From Macrostomum lignano (Eukaryota), in contig NIVC01003107.1 of assembly GCA_002269645.1 (NCBI GenBank), forward strand, positions 1 through 64,000: a stretch of DNA of 64,000 bases, in the 5' to 3' direction. The notes beneath the pieces were generated by a model. The model was not told the origin of the DNA, ran no database searches, and saw nothing but the letters and a program-made list of their open reading frames with translations. Positions 40,701 to 53,335 of the stretch are shown one piece after another. The translations under genes and the position numbers were made by a program. Each line of letters begins with the position of its first letter. Positions within the stretch are counted from its first letter, which is position 1.

Positions 40701-41963
40701 GGTGTTAAACAATCAATTCACCTGTCTGCTTATGCTACTTTAGTGGACATTTATATAATTTTAAAAACGTACCTCACCTATAAATCTTACAAAAGCAGCC
40801 ACTCGTTTGCTCTTAAAACCGCTCTTTAAAACGATTTTGCAATAATCTTCCTTTGGCGGCTTTTGGAAATTTCTTTACTTAAAGCCACGCCAAAACCAGT
40901 GCCTATAGCAATATCAAGAATCGGCCCTAGCAACACCGAAATTGTCCTTATCATCACAGCAGCTTTCAAAAACTTATCCTTAACGACAATCGCGCACAGC
41001 AACACCTATTGCAGCTGGTCATAGAACACCAACAATGTGTCTCTAGCAACACCAATAATCGCCCCTAGCAACACGATTGATCGGCCCAAAGAAAACCAAG
41101 AAATTCGGCCCTTGGCCCTGGCAACACGTGAATGGACCCTAGCAACAATAAAAATCGGCCTTAGCAACACTTGAAATTTCCCTTAGCAACACTGAAAAAT
41201 GACCCTAACAACTCCAGAAACGTGACCCTAGTAACAATGATCGCACCCAACAACACTGATAATCGCCCCTAGCAAAGCAGAAAATCGCCTCTAGAAACAC
41301 AGAAAATTGCCGCTAGCGACACCGATTATCGACCCTAGCAACACATAGAATCGACCCTAGCAACACAGAGAATCGACCCTAACAACACAGAGAATCGACC
41401 CTAGCAACACTTGAAATCGCACCTAAAAACACTAACCATGTAACTTATACGGCTCGTAAATAAAAACTCCAATAATTCGATTCAATCAGGACGAACCAGG
41501 CGTGTCAGAAGCTCGAGTCCGGGTCTACAATAATTTAGCCGCAACCCAGGTGAAAATCTCAGCCTACGACGCCGCCATCGCTTCCTGCGACAGCGTGCTA
41601 GGCCTGCAGCCGGACAATATTAAAGCTCATTTTCGCAAAGGCAAATCGTTAGTTAGCAAAGGCGATCTAATCAACGGCTTGCGTTCGCTGCGCTCTGCTT
41701 TGGAACGCGACCCAGATTCGCGTCTAGTACAGAACGAGGTTGCCAAGGCAACACTGGAGCTGAAGCGGCAACAGGCTGCTAATACGGCTATGTATAAGAA
41801 AATGCTAGGCCTGCGCGACGGGCCCGACAACGGTGGCAGGGGCCGGCAGCAGCAGCAGCAGCAGGTTTCCTGGATTCGCCGGCACGCTTGGCTATTGGGG
41901 GCTGCCGCTAGCGTTCTGCTATCCGTCACTTTGGCTGGCGCTGCCTATCGGTTTAACAGTTGA
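37766..41963 (+). CDS. FKBP8: FKBP8/FKBP38 (FKBP domain, TPR, C-terminal transmembrane helix); exons 37766-37951, 39615-40031, 41490-41963
   Basis: YTDVLGNQRLWKKTL...GDQ|VTLKL...IQALD...KKRERGNELF...|...VYNNLAATQVK...NIKAHFRKGK, with tail WLLGAAASVLLSVTLAGAAY. Both introns are phase 0. Confidence 0.92.
37975..38972. repeat. 23-bp minisatellite, about 43 copies, in FKBP8 intron 1
   Basis: Unit GACTGTCTGACGGATTCATTCAT, starting about 25 nt after the 5' splice site. Confidence 0.95.
40134..41430. repeat. Two short-unit repeats in FKBP8 intron 2
   Basis: CTACTGTAGTTTTAAGAATTCCC-like units (40134-40495) and degenerate CCCTAGCAACAC...AATCG units (41040-41430). Confidence 0.8.
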
Positions 41964-42058
41964 CAGTTTTGTCATTTATAACGTACTAGATGATTTTTGC
42001 ATGCTTTGGGAGAGTTTTGTGTGTGCATATTTAACACACTGGAATCGTTTTAAAACTA

Positions 42059-42573
42059 GAAGCTCCGTTGCTTCCCCCAAATCGCTCATTAGAAGCTCCG
42101 TTGCTTCCCCCAAATCGCTCATTAGAAGCTCCGTTGCTTCCCCCAAATCCCTCATTAGGAGCTCCGATGCTTCCCCAAATCCCCCATTAGGAGCTCCGCT
42201 GCTTCCCCAAATCCCCCATTAGGAGCTCCGTTGCTTCCCCCAAATCGCTCATTAGAAGCTCCGTTGCTTCCCCCAAATCGCTCATTAGAAGCTCCGCTGC
42301 TTCCCCCAAATCCCCCATTAGAAGCTCCGCTGCTTCCCCCAAATCCCTCATTAGGAGCTCCGATGCTTCCCCCAAATCGCTCATTAGAAGCTCCGCTGCT
42401 TCCCCCAAATCCCCCATTAGAAGCTCCGCTGCTTCCCCCAAATCCCTCATTAGGAGCTCCGATGCTTCCCCAAATCCCCTATTAGAAGCTCCGCTGCTTC
42501 CCCAAATCCCCCATTAGGAGCTCCGCTGCTTCCCCAAATCCCTCATTAGAAGCTCCGCTGCTTGCCCAAATCC
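42059..42573. repeat. 33-bp minisatellite downstream of the FKBP8 stop
   Basis: Unit AGAAGCTCCG[T/C]TGCTTCCCCCAAATCGCTCATT. Confidence 0.95.
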
Positions 42574-43541
42574 CTTTAGTGAGCGGGTCTCTTAGGTACC
42601 TTAAATCAGACAGAAGTTGTTTGCCAATACTCGTACTAACTTAAATAGAGTCTAATTAGCGTCTGAGCGGTTTATTAATTAATTTTTTTATGCAGGAATA
42701 TGCTGCTCTAGTAACATGCGAATGATTATTTCCTAATGATTAATTGCTTGGCGTATTTCCGTGAAAAATTAAATAACTGAATAGCAACATAACTAACTAA
42801 TGTATTGTACCTGTCGCCGGTGGACTGTCTCTGATTTTTTTCCGTTCAATAAGTTTATAAACTACTCATTTGCAACTTATGCGAAATTAAAAACTAATTT
42901 GATTTTTTTAAAAACTGAACTAGACCCTCTCTGCTACGCTTTCCCCACGAACTCTATGATGTATGGTTTGCATTTTTATTTGAATTACTAAAATTATTCA
43001 TTTATTTATATTAATGTGCACCAATTAGTCGAAAATGTTGATTGATTTTTTTCCCTAGCGTGTCTGAAAATTAATCGATTTTTTGGATACTTCTTAAAAT
43101 CTATTAACAGTTACAGTACATTTTGTTAAAATATTATTGAAATTTAATAGCTTGAACTGCATTGTATCCTATGCAAGGTAGAATTATGTGTTTTTGGATA
43201 GAAGAGCAAATATATAATATATAAATTTTGTTGCATCCGCTCTTTTGCTAACACGCTTCTTTAGTTTCTAGACTTTTTATTTCTGTTAATTTTACCTTAG
43301 TTAATGAAATTGGATTCTTGGATATTGTGCGGCTATAGTTTGTAGTTAAATGATCTTTAATAATTTCTAAGCTACTTATAGTAAGTAGTAGTAATGAAAC
43401 TGTGAAACAGAAATAATGAAACAGTAATGAGACAGTCTACTGTATTTTGAAGTCAATTAATTTCACTCAATGCATGTAGCACCACCGCAGTGCAACTCAA
43501 AACAAAAGAAGCCGACCTGCTCAACAATTGAAATATTCATC

Positions 43542-46286
43542 ATGGCGGATCCGCCCGTACTGCTATTAGACTATGTCGACGATATGGCCGTGGATTCGGC
43601 CGCAAGCGCTGAGGCTGGAAAATCAGCAGCTACTACAAGTAGTAAACCGCAGCAGCAGGTACCCGGCTTAACCGACGAGGAGCTGCAAGACTGTCGCGAG
43701 ATGCTCAACCTGATTAATCAACGCCAACAACGGCAGCAGCGGCTGTACGAACCTCCCGCGGCTCGGCGTCGACAGCCTTCAACTACTGGCGCCGGCGACG
43801 GCCAAGCTCGTTCTTCGTCGCCGCGTCCGCCGCCTCCGCCGAGGCGTCCGCCGCCGCCTCGTCCAACTAAAACTGTGATAGGCCGGCTAACCAAATGCGA
43901 AGATGCCGAAGAATTGAAACTGGCCGCCTACTCAGCTCTAGGCATCTCTCAGAGCGACTTAACCGATCCTTTCGAGCGCCGATTGCGCCTAAATGCCATC
44001 CACTTGCGCGGCGTTAACCGCATGAATACTGAAGAGATTTTTCGCTACTTCGGCGACATCGCGCCAGAATCAATGGAATGGATAGACGATTATTCCTGCA
44101 ATGTGGTATTCGCCGACCATGATACCGCTATGCAGGCAATCCTTCGCGTTGCCGCCGAAATTGATGAAGCTACTGGGCCTGCAGTTGTCAACGATGAACC
44201 TATGGAAGGCGACTCTAATAATAAAGAGGACAACGAAGGTGACAAAAATCAGCCAGTCGCTGGGAGTAGCAGCGATACTAAACCTCCGGAGCGTCGGCAG
44301 CGTCGACGTCGGCATTCTTCTTCGTCGTTATCTGGCCAGGAGGAGGCCAAGGTGGCCTCGGATCAGCCGACTGACTCAGATGAGGATAACCAGATTAAGC
44401 AGTTGCCGCCAGGGCACTGGCTCGAGGCCAGGCCGCACAATCGATGCAAAAACCTTCGGATTCGATTCGCATTCAAATCTGACCGGAAAGTGAAGGGCGC
44501 CAATAAGAATTCGAAGTATTATAAGAAGTACGGCAATCCGAACTACGACAATCTGTCCGGGCACATCTCCAAATCCTACAGGAAGCGGGTCAACGCCGAA
44601 CGGCGTCTGCGCGAGACGCAGGCCAACGTCGACACGCGCGACGCTGTTCGTTCAAAGCGACGTCGCATGGCCAACGGCGCCGAAGATGTCTCCGACAGCG
44701 GCGGCGACACCGACGATGACGGCGGTCGCCGGGAGGACGCGGCCAGGCGCCGGCCGTTGACTTCATTGAAGATGGTCTCCGACCAGCTGGCCGACGGCGA
44801 GCAAGTCGATCACAGCGGCGGCGCCTCGCTTACCAGCGGAGACGCCAGAAATCGCCTACTGGAGCGTCGGAAAGCCCATCGCGGCACCAAGTGGAGCAAA
44901 TCAGCTGCTTCGGCCGCCGCAGCCGCCGCTATCGCCGCTGTCACGGCCGGTATCGACGTCGACGTAGTTAGTGACGATGGCGACAAAGTTGATAAAGAGG
45001 ACGGCGACGACCTGCGTGGTGACATTCAACGGAGCCGACTGGCAGCGCGTCAGTATCAGCCAGATACAGTGGATATTATGGCCGACGTTGATGATGACGA
45101 CGAGCTGCTTAGCGAGGCTCCACCACCGGAGCCGACAAAGTCAACGACCGGTGCCGCTGCCGCCGATGACAGGGACGTCGAAGGTCCTGACGGCCGATGG
45201 CAGTGCGACAAGTTTATGGAGTTGGAGCACGAATTTATGCACGACAGGCGTCGGGGAGGTCGTCATGTCCAAGCAGGAGGCGGCGGCGGGGGCGACGATC
45301 TGCGACGCCAACTTCGCGACCGACGTCGACGTCGAAGCGGCGATAATAATAATAATAGCAATGGCAACAGTCCGAGAGATCGTTCCGGGTCGCCTACGCG
45401 TAGAGTTGTTAGCGGCGGCGAGCTGGGCTCGGCCGTTGTCGTGCCGTCCAAAGTTACCGCCGTTGCCGTTAAGCTCGAAGACGATGCTAGCCGCCGGCAA
45501 AGACGAACCGATCGCCGCGACGACCAGGTCGAAAATGATCGGCGCAAACAGCGCGACCAGCTTGAGTCGCTTCGGGATCGGGACAGGAATCGAGATCGGG
45601 AGCGTCGCCGCGATCGGGACTTTACTGAGCCGGGCCGCGATCGGGAACGATTTCGTGATAGAGATCGGGATCGGAATCGGGACCGGGACCGGGATCGCGA
45701 ACCCGGTCGAGAGCGGGTTTCAGAGCGGGATCGGAACCGGGATCGGGATCATAACCGGGATCGGGATCATAACCCTGACCGGGATGTCGTTGCTGCGGCC
45801 TCCGGGGCGGCGGACAATCGCTATCGGATCAAGCGCGACTACATCAAGCGGCAGCAGCAGGAGAGGCGACGGGACAAGCGACGATCGCCGACGCGAGGCA
45901 CAACAGCGTCACCGTCTAGAGAGCTATCGGCTAGAGACAAATTCGTGCCGCGGCTTGACGCCAGCAGCAGCTCTTCTTCGGGCTCCTCGTCTTCATCCTC
46001 ATCTTCGTCTTCTTCGTCGTCTTCGTCTTCGTCATCGTCGGAGGCTGAAGACAACGAGGACGACAAGGCGATGCCGCCGCTGCCTTCTGTTGGGCCAGTG
46101 GAAGCCGGCGTCAGCAGCGGTCAGCAATACGATCCCCATATGGCTGGCAGGCGGCGCACGTCTTCTATTTCGTCTAGCGGCTCTTCGTCGTCCAGCGGCT
46201 CTTCTTCATCAGGATCGTCGTCGGCCAACTCGTCGCCGCGGAAAATGGCCGACGCTAGCGTCGGAGGCGAGCCGACCCGAGTCTGA
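43542..46286 (+). CDS. NCBP3: Nuclear cap-binding protein subunit 3, intronless, with long RD/RE-rich and poly-Ser tail (ORF open from 43470)
   Basis: RLNAIHLRGVNRMNTEEIFRYF...EWIDDYSCNVVF and LRIRFAFKSDRK...SKYYKKYGNPNY match the NCBP3 RRM and its conserved downstream block. Confidence 0.9.
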   Translation: MADPPVLLLDYVDDMAVDSAASAEAGKSAATTSSKPQQQVPGLTDEELQDCREMLNLINQRQQRQQRLYEPPAARRRQPSTTGAGDGQARSSSPRPPPPPRRPPPPRPTKTVIGRLTKCEDAEELKLAAYSALGISQSDLTDPFERRLRLNAIHLRGVNRMNTEEIFRYFGDIAPESMEWIDDYSCNVVFADHDTAMQAILRVAAEIDEATGPAVVNDEPMEGDSNNKEDNEGDKNQPVAGSSSDTKPPERRQRRRRHSSSSLSGQEEAKVASDQPTDSDEDNQIKQLPPGHWLEARPHNRCKNLRIRFAFKSDRKVKGANKNSKYYKKYGNPNYDNLSGHISKSYRKRVNAERRLRETQANVDTRDAVRSKRRRMANGAEDVSDSGGDTDDDGGRREDAARRRPLTSLKMVSDQLADGEQVDHSGGASLTSGDARNRLLERRKAHRGTKWSKSAASAAAAAAIAAVTAGIDVDVVSDDGDKVDKEDGDDLRGDIQRSRLAARQYQPDTVDIMADVDDDDELLSEAPPPEPTKSTTGAAAADDRDVEGPDGRWQCDKFMELEHEFMHDRRRGGRHVQAGGGGGGDDLRRQLRDRRRRRSGDNNNNSNGNSPRDRSGSPTRRVVSGGELGSAVVVPSKVTAVAVKLEDDASRRQRRTDRRDDQVENDRRKQRDQLESLRDRDRNRDRERRRDRDFTEPGRDRERFRDRDRDRNRDRDRDREPGRERVSERDRNRDRDHNRDRDHNPDRDVVAAASGAADNRYRIKRDYIKRQQQERRRDKRRSPTRGTTASPSRELSARDKFVPRLDASSSSSSGSSSSSSSSSSSSSSSSSSSEAEDNEDDKAMPPLPSVGPVEAGVSSGQQYDPHMAGRRRTSSISSSGSSSSSGSSSSGSSSANSSPRKMADASVGGEPTRV

Positions 46287-47197
46287 TCTGGTTGGCAGTG
46301 GGCCTTGAGAACTTTGATTTGTGCTGCAATATTTTTTTTCTTGTGGAGCGAAGCCGCATTTGACTGAGACTTTGTATGTAGTTTTTCTTTGTTCGGGCAC
46401 ACTGAGAACCTGTCAATTATCATGTTGCGATTCTTACGGAGGCTGTTAGACTAGTTTTACCTAAGCTAATTCCCGACCAGACGGGTACTTATTTTGAAAT
46501 GCATAAAAATAGTATGCTCTATGGCAGAAAGGGTTTACATTGTAAATGTTTCATTGTGAATTTTCACGGCAGTGCATTGTCATCCCGGTTCTGTTTGTGT
46601 GCGCTTATTTGCCCTGCATGTTTCTGCACATTATTTGGTACTGTTCCCCACTGTATGTTGTGCATCGAGTTGCTTTAATCAAGTATGCTGCATACCTGCA
46701 TCAATCATGGGTTAGTCTGTCTATGCTGTTATGTTGGAAACTAATGGAGTAAAAAAACTAAATTAAATAAAAAATATTTCAGTCCCCTCTTAGCAGCAAT
46801 TACATGTGAACTGTCAAGTTGTTAGATTGAATGTACAAATCTCGTAACTATATGATATGCTAGTGCTTATTTTAATACGTATTTTCTCATTTTCCTTTGT
46901 TCTTTTTTGAAAAAAAAATACTTTGAAAAACATTCGTTGCCCTGCAAGAAATGCCCCGTCTTAATAAGTTGTTCATGTTTCCTTTAAAGAAGACCGAACT
47001 GGCCCTTATCAAATCAAGGTCGTCTTATTCGCTTAAACCCATCACGGTGTCCATTTTGCTGCTTTGTCGTTTCAATGCCGACTGCTGTTATCCTTCTGTA
47101 CTAACTGCAGCGCAATGACAATTATTAATTTAGGATTTTTTGATAAAAAGTGCTGTTTTTGACTTTTTTTCAATCTTTAAATTAGTAAAATGCTTAC

Positions 47198-48880
47198 CCA
47201 TGATCATCATCTTTAGTCACCCATGACCATCATCTTTAGTCACCCATGACCATCATCTCTAGTCACCCATGACCATCATCTCTAGTCACACATGACCATC
47301 ATCTCTAGTCACCCATGACCATCATCTCTAGGGTCAACCATGACCATCATCTCTAGGGTCACCCATGACCATAATCTCTAGTCATCCATGACCATCATCT
47401 CTAGTCACCCATGACCATCATCTCTAGTCACCCATGACCATCATCTCTAGTCACCCATGACCATCATCTCTAGTCACCCATGACCATCATCTCTAGTCAC
47501 CCATGACCATCATCTCTAGGGTCACCCATGACCATCATCTCTAGGGTCAACCATGACCATCATCTCTAGTCATCCATGACCATCATCTCTAGTCATCCAT
47601 GACCATCATCTCTAGTCACCCATGACCATCATCTCTAGTCATCCATGACCATCATCTCTAGTCACCCATGACCATCATCTCTAGGGTCACCCATGACCAT
47701 AATCTCTAGTCATCCATGACCATCATCTCTAGTCACCCATGACCATCATCTCTAGTCATCCATGACCATCATCTCTAGTCATCCATGACCATCATCTCTA
47801 GTCACCCATGACCATCATCTCTAGTCATCCATGACCATCATCTCTAGTCATCCATGACCATCATCTCTAGTCACCCATGACCATCATCTCTAGTCATCCA
47901 TGACCATAATCTCTAGTCATCCATGACCATCATCTCTAGTCACCCATGACCATCATCTCTAGTCATCCATGACCATCATCTCTAGTCACCCATGACCATC
48001 ATCTCTAGGGTCACCCATGACCATCATCTCTAGTCATCCATGACCATCATCTCTAGTCACCCATGACCATCATCTCTAGGGTCACCCATGACCATCATCT
48101 CTAGTCACCCATGACCATCATCTCTAGTCACCCATGACCATCATCTCTAGGGTCACATATGACCATATCTCTAGTCACCCATGACCATCATCTCTAGTCA
48201 CCCATAACCATCATCTCTAGTCATCCATGACCATCATCTCTAGTCATCCATGACCATCATCTCTAGGGTCACCCATGACCATAATCTCTAGTCATCCATG
48301 ACCATCATCTCTAGTCACCCATGACCATCATCTCTAGTCATCCATGACCATCATCTCTAGTCACCCATGACCATCATCTCTAGTCATCCATGACCATCAT
48401 CTCTAGGGTCACCCATGACCATAATCTCTAGTCATCCATGACCATCATCTCTAGTCACCCATGACCATCATCTCTAGTCATCCATGACCATCATCTCTAG
48501 GGTCACCCATGACCATAATCTCTAGTCATCCATAACCATCATCTCTAGTCACCCATGACCATCATCTCTAGTCATCCATGACCATCATCTCTAGTCACCC
48601 ATGACCATCATCTCTAGTCACCCATGACCATCATCTCTAGGGTCACCCATGACCATCATCTCTAGGGTCATCCATGACCATCATCTCTAGTCACCCATGA
48701 CCATCATCTCTAGGGTCACCCATGACCATCATCTCTAGTCACCCATGACCATCATCTTTAGGGTCACCCATGACCATCATCTCTAGTCACCCATGACCAT
48801 CATCTCTAGTCACCCATGACCATCATCTCTAGTCACCCATGACCATAATCTCTAAGGTCACCCATGACCATCATCTCTAG
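47198..48880. repeat. 23/25-bp minisatellite, about 70 copies
   Basis: Unit ATGACCATCATCTCTAG(GG)TCA[C/T]CC. It ends about 100 bp before the RRM-gene acceptor. Confidence 0.95.
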
Positions 48881-48982
48881 AACGTTCATCCCTTATCAAT
48901 CAATGCTTAAGCCATGAAATTAACCTCTAAACCTTGCATACACATCCTATATCAGTATGCATAAATTAATTAAATGTTTCAG

Positions 48983-50462
48983 ATGATTGGCACAATCCCA
49001 CCAAGCTGGAAGCAGCAGCAGCATCAGCAGCAGCATGCGGCCATTCAACAGCCGTGCTATCAGCAGGGTAATCAACAATCTCAGCTTCAACAGTGCTACT
49101 ATCTAGCGCCGCCGCTACCGCCTGCGTTTCATTTGCCACCGCCGCCTCACCCGCCACCCCCGCCACCGCCGCCGGCCCCGCCGCCCCCTCAGCCGTGTAG
49201 CGAGCTATTTATTGGCAATCTGCCGCCAACGGCCACCAAATCCGATCTAACTCGTGAATTAAGCCGATTCGGCCCGCTGGAACACGTCAGCCTAGCCTAC
49301 GGGCCTGGCGGCGGATTTCGCGGCTTTGCATTCGCTAAATTTGCTCGCATCCAATCGGCTATTGGCCTGGTTGATGGCCGGGGCCACGGTTTAATGTTGG
49401 ACGGTCGGCTGTTGCGTATTGAATGGCGTCGGAAAGGCGTCGGAAGTGGCAGCGGCGGCGGCGTCGGTAGCGGGGTTGGCGATGCTCCGCCTACCAGTGT
49501 ATCCACATTTTCGGCTGGACCGGTAATGGTCAGCGCTACTGCCGTAAGTCTGTTAAGATGAGTTAACTAATCCGCACCTACATGTATCCGTATCGATGAC
49601 CTTAATCCACACCTTAAGCATCCGTCTCTAATTCATACGTAATCCACCCTAAGCAGTCCCCAATCTATCCCTAATCCGTGCCTAAGCATCGGTCTCTAAT
49701 CCCGATCTCTAATCCATCCCTAATCCATCCCTAATCCGTCCCTAAGCATCGGTCTCTAATCCATCACTAATCCGTCCCTAAGCGTCGGTCCCTAATCCAT
49801 CCCTAATCCGTCCCTATGCATCGGTCCCTTATCTCCCTAATCCGTCCCTAAGCATCAGTCCCTAATCCATCCCTAATCCGTCCCTAAGCATCGGTCCCTA
49901 ATCCATCCCTAATCCGTCCCTAAGCATCGGTCCCTAATCCATCCCTAATCCGTCCCTAAGCATCGGTCCCTTATCTCTCTAATCCAGTGTGCTTGTAAAA
50001 GTACATTCTACAAAGCATTAATCGCGCTCCCTTAATCCACAGACTCATCAGCGCCCAGCAGAATTTGGTGAATATTCTTTCGCATCAACTAATCCTACTG
50101 CAGCCAGTAGTAACGCAGCAACCAAAGCGCAACCGGTCGCTCGTTGCCAGCATCAGCAGCGTCATCATCTGCAGCAGCAGCATACTGAGCAGCCGGATTG
50201 CCAGCTACCAGCTTGGCTGCACACCCGCCTAGTAGAGGACACCGAACGCCTGGTAGACTGTCTACTAGCCGAACTGCGCCTGTGCAATCGGCTCGCTGCA
50301 ACGACTTCCAATCCAAATGAGGCTGCTCAATTGCGTCAACAGGCTCGAGAATTAGAGAGCCGAATGCAAACTCGATCTGCTGAGCTGGCCAATCTGAATG
50401 GGGCTGGCTGTTTGGCCTGTCGCTCGAGTCGGAATGGCGGCGTACCGAATACCAAGTGCTAA
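48983..50462 (+). CDS. Single-RRM RNA-binding protein with Gln/Pro-rich N-terminus; exons 48983-49543, 50043-50462
   Basis: RNP2 LFIGNL and RNP1 RGFAFAKF. Phase-0 intron GTAAGT...TAATCCACAG; exon 2 reads open to TAA at 50460-50462. The ATG directly follows TTTCAG. Confidence 0.8.
49690..49985. repeat. 36-bp CCCTAA-rich repeat in the RRM-gene intron
   Basis: Unit CCCTAATCCATCCCTAATCCGTCCCTAAGCATCGGT. Confidence 0.85.
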
Positions 50463-50557
50463 GTGCTACCGTATTGACTTGTCGAATTCTTTTACAGTAA
50501 TCAACCTCTTCTAAATTTGCTAACTATGAGTACTGTATCCACCACTAGTTGATAAAA

Positions 50558-51235
50558 TCGCCCCTAAACTACCCGTGAGAGTCGCCCCTAAACTACCCGT
50601 GAGAGTCGCCCCTAAACTACCTGTGAGAATCGCCCCTAAACTACCTGTGAGAATCGCCCCTGAACTACCCGTGAGAGTCGCCCCTAAACTACCCGTGAGA
50701 ATCGCCCCTAAACTACCCGTGAGAATCGCCCCTAAACTACCCGTGAGAATCGTCCCTAAACTACCCGTGAGAATCGTCCCTAAACTACCCGTGAGAATCG
50801 TCCCTAAACTACCCGTGAGAGTCGCCCCTAAACTACCCGTGAGAGTCGCCCCTAAACTACCCGTGAGAGTCGCCCCTAAACTGCCCATGAGAATCGCCCC
50901 TAAACTACCCGTGAGAATCGCCCCTAAACTGCCCATGAGAATCGCCACTAAAATACCCGTGAGAGTCGCTCCTTAACTACCTGTGAGAATCGCCCCTAAA
51001 CTACCCGTGAGAGTCGCCCCTAAACTACCCGTGAGAATCGTCCCTAAACTACCCGTGAGAATCACCCCTAAACTGCCCATGAGAATCGCCACTAAAATAC
51101 CCGTGAGAGTCGCTCCTTAACTACCTGTGAGAGTCGCCCCTAAACTACCCGTGAGAGTCGCCCCTAAACTACCCATGAGAATCGCCCCTAAACTACCTGT
51201 GAGAGTCGCCCCTAAACTACCCATGAAAATCGCCT
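50558..51235. repeat. 24-bp minisatellite
   Basis: Unit CGCCCCTAAACTACCCGTGAGA[G/A]T. Confidence 0.95.
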
Positions 51236-51991
51236 CTGCACTACCTGAAAAATTTAGGGGTAGCTCCTGAACCACACAGCAGCTTTAGAATCAAAGTTAT
51301 TTTTGTATTTTCCTCATAAATTGCATAGTAAAGTACGCATTGACCCAATTCAGCCAAAATTGTTAATCGGTAAATTAAATCCTGCATACGGTTGCCTACG
51401 GTTTTTAATTACTTACGTTTTGCCTTTCAATTTCGCTTCTTTAAGTAATAAAAATCGCGCATGAACTTGCTAATTTAATATATTTTTTTGCTAACTTGTC
51501 CCACTTAAAAGCATTTCCCATGTGTTTATTAACATGCACTATTTTATGTGACTATTTTTTGTTTGCCTATCGGTGCTATCTGCATTGCTTGTTTTTTTGT
51601 TCGATTCTTCTTTGTCTCACTTTGCCTTCCTTGTGCGTACATATCCGCCAGTCTTTGTTGTGCTGCTTTACAAACACGCTTTATTTATTTATTTATTAAA
51701 TATTAGTACCATATATGCGCCATGTAAGGCAGCCTATTTTTTTAACTTGCCTTTTGTGACTTGTTATTTTTTCTCTTAAGCTATCCTTGGACGGCGTGCG
51801 TTTAAACTAGTTGACTCTTCTTTTGTCTTTTTTTAACTTTGTTTAATTTTGTTAAACCTTGTCTCGCAATTTTGTAATATCTATGGCAATCAATAAATAT
51901 TGTGCAAATCAATTTTTGCGTTGCTTTACCAACCTGTTGCATTTGACTTTGGCATTGTTTTAGTCTTTTATCTAAGCTTAGTATGCCAATC

Positions 51992-52881
51992 TCACAGCTA
52001 AGCACCCCGATCTCAGCTAAGCATCCCAATCTCATAGCTAAGCATCCCAATCTCATAGCTAAGCACCCCAATCTCATAGCTAAGCATCCCAATCTCATAG
52101 CTAAGCATCCCAATCTCATAGCTAAGCATCCCAATCTCATAGCTAAGCATCCCAATCTCACAGCTAAGCATCCCAATCTCATAGCTAAGCACCCCAATCT
52201 CATAGCTAAGCATCCCAATCTCATAGCTAAGCATCCCAATCTCACAGCTAAGCATCCCAATCTCACAGCTAAGCATCCCAATCTCACAGCTAAGCATCAC
52301 AATCTCATAGCTAAGCATCCCAATCTCACAGCTAAGCATCCCAATCTCATAGCTAAGCACCCCAATCTCATAGCTAAGCATCCTAATCTCATAGCTAAGC
52401 ACCCCAATCTCATAGCTAAGCATCCCAATCTCATAGCTAAGCATCCCAATCTCATAGCTAAGCATCCCAATGTCACAGCTAAGCATCCCAATCTCACAGC
52501 TAAGCATCCCAATCTCATAGCTAAGCACCCCAATCTCACAGCTAAGCATCTCAATCTCATAGCTAAGCACCCCAATCTCATAGCTAAGCATCCCAATCTC
52601 ACAGCTAAGCATCCCAATCTCATAGCTAAGCACCCCAATCTCATAGCTAAGCATCCTAATCTCATAGCTAAGCATCCCAATCTCATAGCTAAGCATCCCA
52701 ATCTCATAGCTAAGCATCCCAATCTCATAGCTAAGCACCCCAATCTCACAGCTAAGCATCCCAATCTCATAGCTAAGCACCCCAATCTCATAGCTAAGCA
52801 TCCCAATCTCATAGCTAAGCATCCCAATCTCATAGCTAAGCATCTCAATCTCATAGCTAAGCACAGCTAAGCATCTCACAG
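51992..52881. repeat. 21-bp minisatellite, about 42 copies, ending about 35 nt before C19orf12
   Basis: Unit CTAAGCATCCCAATCTCA[T/C]AG. Confidence 0.95.
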
Positions 52882-52915
52882 GTAGCCACCCTCTCCGCGC
52901 CAACAGCCGGCAGCA

Positions 52916-53335
52916 ATGCTAGATCCGGTAAAAGTCTTCGACCTGCTAGTGAAGCTATCCGAGGAGGAAGGCATTCGAGTCACCGTCAAGCAGTCCGCTA
53001 AAGGTGCTGCAATCGCCGGAGGCAGCGCCTTTGTCGGCGGACTTCTCGGTGGCCCAGTCGGTGTAGCCGTCGGCGGCGCCGTTGGTGGCCTGGCGGGCGC
53101 CTGGGCCACGTCGGGCCAATTCGAACCGCTGGCTACGGTGCTGCTTCGATTGCCGCAAGAAAAACGCAACGATTTGGTGGACTCTACAATGGATTTATTG
53201 CGCGGTTTTGACATTACTGATGCGGTTATGCTGGCTACTATGCTGGCTGGCAATATGGATCTGCGAACTCAGATGCTTGCCCAGCTGAGTGCTTTTGCCA
53301 CTGAACAGCTTGGTCTCATGCTGAAGCCGTCTTGA
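52916..53335 (+). CDS. C19orf12: C19orf12 family membrane protein (glycine zipper), intronless
   Basis: VKQSAKGAAIAGGSAFVGGLLGGPVGVAVGGAVGGLAGAWATSGQFEP matches the C19orf12 core; 139 aa. Confidence 0.92.
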   Translation: MLDPVKVFDLLVKLSEEEGIRVTVKQSAKGAAIAGGSAFVGGLLGGPVGVAVGGAVGGLAGAWATSGQFEPLATVLLRLPQEKRNDLVDSTMDLLRGFDITDAVMLATMLAGNMDLRTQMLAQLSAFATEQLGLMLKPS

